A stretch of DNA of 42,017 nt from Chiloscyllium plagiosum (Eukaryota). The number at the start of each line of letters is the position of its first letter. The first letter of the stretch is position 1. This document shows positions 35,701-42,017 of this stretch, in pieces. The DNA lies in the NCBI RefSeq assembly GCF_004010195.1, contig NC_057718.1, forward strand, positions 53,323,015-53,365,031, read 5' to 3'. The translations under genes were made by a program, and so were the position numbers. The notes under the pieces were generated by a model. It ran no database searches. It worked only from the letters and a program-made list of their open reading frames with translations, and was not told where the DNA came from.

Positions 35701-36442
35701 GGAAAATACTCCTCTGACATAAGCTAAAACCAGCCCAGACACACATGTTCATGAGTTTGTTGTGATCAATGGCTGTTGGGTTCGCCAACAATAAACCATG
35801 CGCAGTTTATTATTTCATGGGAGATAAAATAAGCATTAAACACCTGGTAAAACCAGTTAGAGTCAAGCTCACACCAAGATTTACTTTTGCAGTTTGGTTA
35901 CCATGTTGGTCAGTCTCTTAATATATTCATATGAGACTGTCGATATTCTTTTTAACAAAAGAACACATGTACATAACACATAAAAAAAGCGAAATTATGC
36001 ATATGAGAATATTTTAACATAAACAGCAAAAAGGAACAATTTAAGCTATTTTCTCTGCAATATTTCTTATGGTCACTCAATCCTAATCACACATTCCTCA
36101 AATCTTAAATCTTTACTTACTGAAACAACTCTTTCCAGTCCTTCTCCTTGAACTGTTGAAGCAGCTTAAGATTTCCTTTCAGTTCCAATACCTTGAAGAC
36201 TTCTTTCCAGCTCTAATGGCCTGGATATTTCTTTCCAATTTTGACAATCTGGAGAGTTTAACCAATTTCTCACAGTCTGGAAATTTCTGCAAATAATGCT
36301 GATGCCCTTCTGCTAGGATAACTTCTATTCTTCTGAACTTAAGGTACTGGTGATCTCTGGCCATCTGTCTTACTGTTGTCAAAGAAGTTCAACTTTGTAA
36401 ACAATCCTTGAATTAACTAGCAGGTAGCTGACCAGTTTATCA

Positions 36443-36755
36443 TTAGATTAGATTAGATTACCTGCAGTGTAGAAACAGGCCCCTCCAGCCCACACCAACC
36501 CTCTGAAGAGTAACCCACCCAGACCAATTGCCCTCTGACTAATGCACCAAATACTATGGACTATTTAGCATGGTCAATTCAACCCGGCCTGCACATCTTT
36601 GGACTGTGGGAGGAAACCAGAGCACCGGGAGGAAACCTACACAGACACGGGGAGAATGTGCAAACTCCATACAGACAGTTACCTGAGGCTGGAATCGAAC
36701 CTGGGACCCTGATGCTGTGAGGCTGCAATGCTAACCACTGAGCCACATGCCACCC
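36443..36755 (-). mobile_element. HE1-type V-SINE, full length
   Basis: (ttaga)n tail, V-domain, B-box (gaatcgaacc) and A-box (gctaaccactgagccac) in reverse complement. Confidence 0.95.
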
Positions 36756-37425
36756 TTTGACACATGCTTTCTTGGAAAAGCCAACTTTAACTCATTGTTC
36801 AAAATGATTTTCTGACATGTATTTTAAAAGAAAATCAAATTCACAGAATTGAAAACTAAAAACCTTCAAATCCGAATTCCCAAATAATAACAATATACTT
36901 CAAACCCACATCACAGTTGCCACTTAATATGCAAAAGAGTGGAACATTGCATGACAATCTCTGTTCCTACAATTCAATTGTTTCATCATACTAAAGAATA
37001 GTGGAGATTTTATACTCCATTTTAAATTACTCCATCATGTTGCTTTGTTAAGCTGTTAATGAGTTGGATTCCTCTATACTTGCTTAAAGAATTAACCAAC
37101 AAGTGCAGGTTTTAGGAAAATGCACTTAACCTGAGATAGAGAAAGAATTCAGGTTACAAAAATCTTGGTTAGAAAAGAAATATATATATATAACCAGGGT
37201 TTCTGATTGCTTTCAAGAGACTTTGGCGAAAAGTATGTATGCCTGAGCATTAATTGAGGGAATATTAGCTTGGATGCTCTCTAGAAAGAAGGAAGAATTT
37301 ATATCAAATTCATCAAGTTACATTAACACATCTTGTTTATTTGTTAAATTAGTCCAGTGTCCTAACCTCAGCCAAACTGCTTAGAAATTGAATCATGTAG
37401 AAGTGTCATACTGGACACAAAATGC

Positions 37426-39115
37426 TGGGCAGAATCTTCTCAGCAAAATCTGGACATTGGAAAGTCAGTTGGGAAAATAGGGTAAGAGCAGCAGAAATTG
37501 GATGATTGATTGAATGAAAAAAAATGTCCAATTCTCCAACCATGTTTTGAACAACGAAGCAAGAAACTTATTAGTGAGTGCTAAAAGGTTGGTCAGTATC
37601 CAATTGCAAGCATCAATATGCCATTGCTCCACATCTTGCCTCATTTATATACAGTTTTCCATTGTCTATCCCACATGTCGTCAATTCCCGACATGAAAGT
37701 TAGAGAGGTAACCTTGCCACTCTAGCTTGACAGTTGTTCCACTGGGCTTCCATCTTTTAGGGCACACTCCATGGGCAGCATCTACTACACTCCTCCATCC
37801 ATGGGCATTGTGTTGAGCATGTACCAGGCTCTCTGCACACTTGTGGCATGTCTCTAATCCACTTATGATATGATTCTACCCTTTAATGCAGCACTTTGGT
37901 ATGCACCAGTAGATTTCACCGTACTTTCCTTCCAGGACATGCCATGTGCAGACACCCAGCTCATGATTGGATATTCTTTGCATATTTTTGGTTGTTCGCA
38001 GCATCTCTGTCGTGCTCTGCCTTTTACTGCATACCCCTCAGCCAGAGCGTAAAGTCTCATAGTACTTCAGCCTTGCACTGACACAAAACCAGCTCGTCAG
38101 TGTTGTTCGCAGTCATCAGGCATGTTACTGTACGGCAGTGTGCTGCATCAATATCACAAGTGTCCTATGTGCCAGTAGTGCTTGCGTCAAAGCCACTGCA
38201 TGTTCTTCCACCAAGTTGCTATGTCTTAAGTTCCAAGGATATTAAGCCTTAGTTAAGTCAAGGGAGATAGTGGGTTCCAGCACTGTAAGTAAAAGGTTCC
38301 ATCCACTATCAGCCTAGCAGCTTGAGCATTATCAGTCAGATACTTGAGGCTGTTAAAGTCAGGGTTTAATATCACTGCAGTCCAGGCTGTGGATCAGGGT
38401 CAATCCTATAGGTCCAGTGCAACTTATCCAACAAATCATTGATTTAGTTAATGATCTGCACAGAGATTATTCGGGAGTCCAGGCATACAGCAGTTGAGGC
38501 TGTCCCTCCATGTCAGCCAGAGAGAGGGGTAGACCATGGTCAGTCCTGGGAGTTAGCTCAATGAGACAAGAAGGCTTTTTTCCTGGTGCCATTCCTGTGC
38601 TAGGAAAGCTGGGTATGTCAATTGTGGGGCTTGGAGACAGCATTCTAAGGGACAATAAGTGTAAAGGGAGAACTGAATATATAAGGGGCTAAACAATAAA
38701 GAGTGGGACTGAAAGGGATAATACACGAGGAGGTGTTATTGTCAGTCAGCAACCTGGCTTTCGTTGGGAGGAAGTGCACTGTTATATCTGGCATTATGAT
38801 GTGATACACCTGGGGTTCAAGGAGTAAAGGGTGAACATGAAGAGATATGTAAAGAAGCTGAGCGAAAATATAAAGAAGATTGAAGCTGATAGGGTTGGCA
38901 AGGAGGGCAATCAAGAAGGAAGGAAGCATGAAAGTTTGGATTGGGGCCACCTAGACTGAGGTGCTAAGACTGTTTTTTACTCTGTGAGGTCTGACCAACG
39001 TTCCCTGCCACCTTCACCCAAATCCCAAGTGTGCAAATCATTGTATCTAGTGTGGGTGGAGGAAGTACTTCATTCTGTGAAGGAAGAGGGCCCACATTCG
39101 AGCAATGTAAGGACC
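37426..39115. mobile_element. Possible ancient Harbinger-derived non-autonomous remnant(s)
   Basis: TIR-like gggcagaatctt start, GC shift relative to the flanks and a weak Myb/SANT-like IWVKVAGNV segment (-); poorly supported. Confidence 0.3.
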
Positions 39116-39136
39116 CTAAAAAGAAAATAGCATTGA

Positions 39137-39233
39137 ACACACACAGACACACACACACAGACACACACACAGACACACAGACAGACACACACACACAGAT
39201 ACACACACACATATACACACACAGACACACATA
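39137..39233. repeat. Imperfect (CA)n microsatellite
   Basis: acacacacagacac... over ~97 bp. Confidence 0.98.
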
Positions 39234-41598
39234 CCTGTGATCACAAAGTTTTCTATGTGAGCCTTGCCTGTTGACCTACAGTGTCTACTAAAAGTCCTGA
39301 CCCGAAGCACACTTGATCACATAATGCAGCATGGTGAATCAATCCTGCTAAAGGCTAGAAGAACAGACAAGTCATTTGGTTACATCATTAAACTACCTCA
39401 ATGCCAATAACAGCAGGACCATTGAGTTCAGCCTGAATCCAGCCAAATCACTAACCCACAGGACTCCAAATTGCTGAATCTATCCTCCCACCTTGCAATC
39501 TGTGAGTGTGTGTTTGAACTTGGAGTGTTTATGTGTAAAAGTCAGAGCATCTCATTATTTGTTTACAATATGTTAAGCACATGTTTTCTTTTAAAAACTC
39601 AAGAAATAAAGTCCAGTGTATTCCATAATCACAGGGTGCAAACAGTCAAACATCAATTGAATATGCAAATATATGCCTTTTTAAAAAAAAATGCATTCAA
39701 TGAAGGGCAAGAGGGAAGCATTCAACCTCTCCTACCTTGAACATAACAAGAGGGGCACAGGATTTTACAGAGGTTGCAGAATGGTTTGGAGCTAACCTGA
39801 TGCATTATTGTTTTCGGATGTTCATGCATGAATAGATCAGTAAGATCACAAGATCAGAGGTAAAGAAGTGAGGCATGTCTTTATCATTCCTAAATATGGG
39901 TAAATATGCCTTTTCTAACCATGGCCAAATGCTAAAGCTTATTAAAAGTTCGCTTGCACTACCTTGTTCATGGGGTGGTAGAGACTATATTCACTGCCTT
40001 TGCTGTCTTCATCCATTTTGAATATACCTCTGGTGACTTCCTGTTCTTATTTTCTGGGAGTTTTAACCAGTCACCACTGGGGAAACAATACATGTGTGGA
40101 AGCTATTCCCTCGCTGACCTGCCTTCTCCAATGTACTTCCTCCCAACTTTATTCTTACATTGTTTTGTTTCTTTTAGCCAAGAAGATGTACCTCCTCCAG
40201 TCAAAATTGTAGTATTCAAAACTAAAGCACTGCTGTTTGTGACAATCAACAAGCCACAGATTCACCATTGTATGTATAGAGTATTTTTAACTAAAGCTGA
40301 AATGCTTAGATTATTCCTCATAGCATAGGAACCTAGGCATGGCTAACATGGTATTGAAGGATCCAACAAATGTTTATTAAGCTCACTTGTTTATCAATGT
40401 TCACAAGCACATCAGCTTTGGGGATCATATTACACTATCAGGTTACAAAGAACAGCATCCTTTTAATAACACATTATGCTTCACAGTTATCCCTAGTAAG
40501 ATGGCACATTTATATCTCACCATGATGTGCTCTGATGCACTGATAACATTATGAACATGTCTCTTAAAGCTATACTGATATTGACCATGTATAATCTATA
40601 AGAATTTCTATCATGCAATGTCATTTTATTAACAGCTAGGTTACTTGAGTGGGCAGACATTTTTCTTCCCTGTTTCTCATCATTTCATGACATCTTCAAC
40701 CCAGAAAGGTTTGACTATTCCTAATGGTGGGAGTAAAATTGGATTATATAATTGATAGAGTTAACAGTAGAAGGAAAAGTAAAACAGGCATCCTGGCATT
40801 TCAGTTCCAGATGTCTCTGCATAACCCAATTAATTCCACACAGAAATACATTATTTCCCATTTGTAGGAGATTATATGGAGCAATCCAACCGTAAAATGA
40901 AAGAGTCAAATCAATGTTCCTTTCACAGGTGAAAACAGACACAAATATTCTTCTTACTCTGACAAACATGAAATCAAAACAAGATTCGCTCTTTTCTACC
41001 ATATACCAAGTAGAAATTGCAAGTGACATTGCATAGTCATTTGTGCTAATAGTATAAATCTGAGAATTAAACTGCTTTTATGATGGAATTAATCATGAAC
41101 ACAGACTGTACCCGAATGCTCTTTAATAAAAATTAATAATAAGATTCCATCTGTGATCTGAAGGAAGGGACTGTACAGATTTCTCAAAGGATCTGAAGAA
41201 AGGAATTTTCAACTCTTCCATACCTCTGATTGAAGGGTTGAACTTTCCTAGCCCCTGACCAACTTGTGCAATGATAGGTTAGTTGGGTAAATATGATAAT
41301 ATTGGAAAAATGGGATTCTCAGCATTGAGAAAGCAAATGTCTAATTTCCCACCAAGATTTCAAGGGTGAGATGAAAATCTTGCTAGTGAGGGGTGAGAGG
41401 CCGACTTGCACACACTAACACCACATTATCACCTAATTTATTTGCAGTATGCTATTTTTACTCAGTCATGGAGAGAAACAAGATTGCAACAATTTACAAC
41501 ATAAAAGTCAGCATAGGTACCCGGTGACTGCAACTCACTGCTTGCTCTTCCAATCCTCCATCCTTCCATCATTCCTCAACACCTCAGGGCACATTCCA

Positions 41599-42017
41599 TG
41601 AACATAGAACATAGAACATAGAACATAGAACATAGAAGAATACAGCACAGTACAGGCCCTTCGGCCCTCAATGTTGCGCCGATCCAAGCCCACCTAACCT
41701 ACACTAGCCCACTATCCTCCATATGCCTATCCAATGCCTGCTTAAATGCCCATAATGAGGGAGAGTCCACCACTGCTACTGGCAGGGCATTCCATGAACT
41801 CACGACTCACTGAGTAAAGAACCTACCCCTAACATCTGTCCTATACCTAACCCCCCTTAATTTAAAGCTATGCCCCCTCGTAATAGCTGACTCCATACGT
41901 GAAAAAAGGTTCTCATGGTCAACCCTATCTAAACCCCTAATCATCAAGTCACCCCTAAACCTTCTTTTCTATAATGAAAACAACCCCAAGTGCCTCAACC
42001 TTTCCTCATACGATCTT
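41599..42017 (-). mobile_element. CR1 LINE 3' end (runs off the window), young
   Basis: (gaacata)x5 tail, tacagcacagtacaggcccttcggccc, and reverse-complement CR1 ORF2 end (ggcagggcattccatgaactcacgact). Confidence 0.93.

Noticed and set aside
36121..36382. Purine-rich minus-strand segment with a gtaagt donor and repeated tggaaaga motifs
   Set aside because: No good acceptor or recognisable protein; could be an old TE remnant
38964..39310. Cys/Val-rich and His/Thr-rich ORFs
   Set aside because: Translations of the (CA)n microsatellite
2957..40016. A phase-compatible five-exon minus-strand gene model (MDEDSK...-LNDMLQVMQ-DFLTFG...-FKKIKKK...-VSTYNG...ML*)
   Set aside because: Exons were hand-picked for phase, some splice sites are weak, and there is no homology support, so it is not called as a CDS

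Overview
Eukaryotic, AT-rich, repeat-dense DNA from a cartilaginous fish. It is a shark, judged from HE1-type V-SINEs, HER1/CR1 LINE tails and Penelope-derived repeats; a carpet/bamboo shark is a guess. No intact host gene is recognisable, so the window looks intronic or intergenic. It contains: (i) about 8 HE1 SINEs and many CR1/L2 LINE fragments; (ii) a near-full-length but broken Rex1/Babar LINE (~13.4-17.1 kb, +); (iii) a decayed Harbinger/HARBI1-type transposase (~19.6-20.3 kb, +) and a separate Myb/SANT accessory-gene fossil (~29.9-31.0 kb, -); (iv) two divergent Ty3/Gypsy fossils, a canonical gag-RT-RNaseH one (22.8-25.3 kb, -) and a Gmr1-like one with integrase upstream of RT (25.6-29.35 kb, +); (v) at least 8 short Penelope-like element (PLE) insertions from two families. 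Most PLE copies carry minimal hammerhead-ribozyme motifs (CUGANGA-stem II-GAA-ACGU-C), and two have intact cores. Other oddities are an 87-bp perfect duplication around a 36-bp PLE tail, a fold-back PLE inserted in a 16-bp palindrome, a locally templated insertion inside a CR1 fragment, and a perfect 23-bp hairpin. All family calls come from reading motifs by eye; no database search was run, and boundaries of old repeats are approximate.
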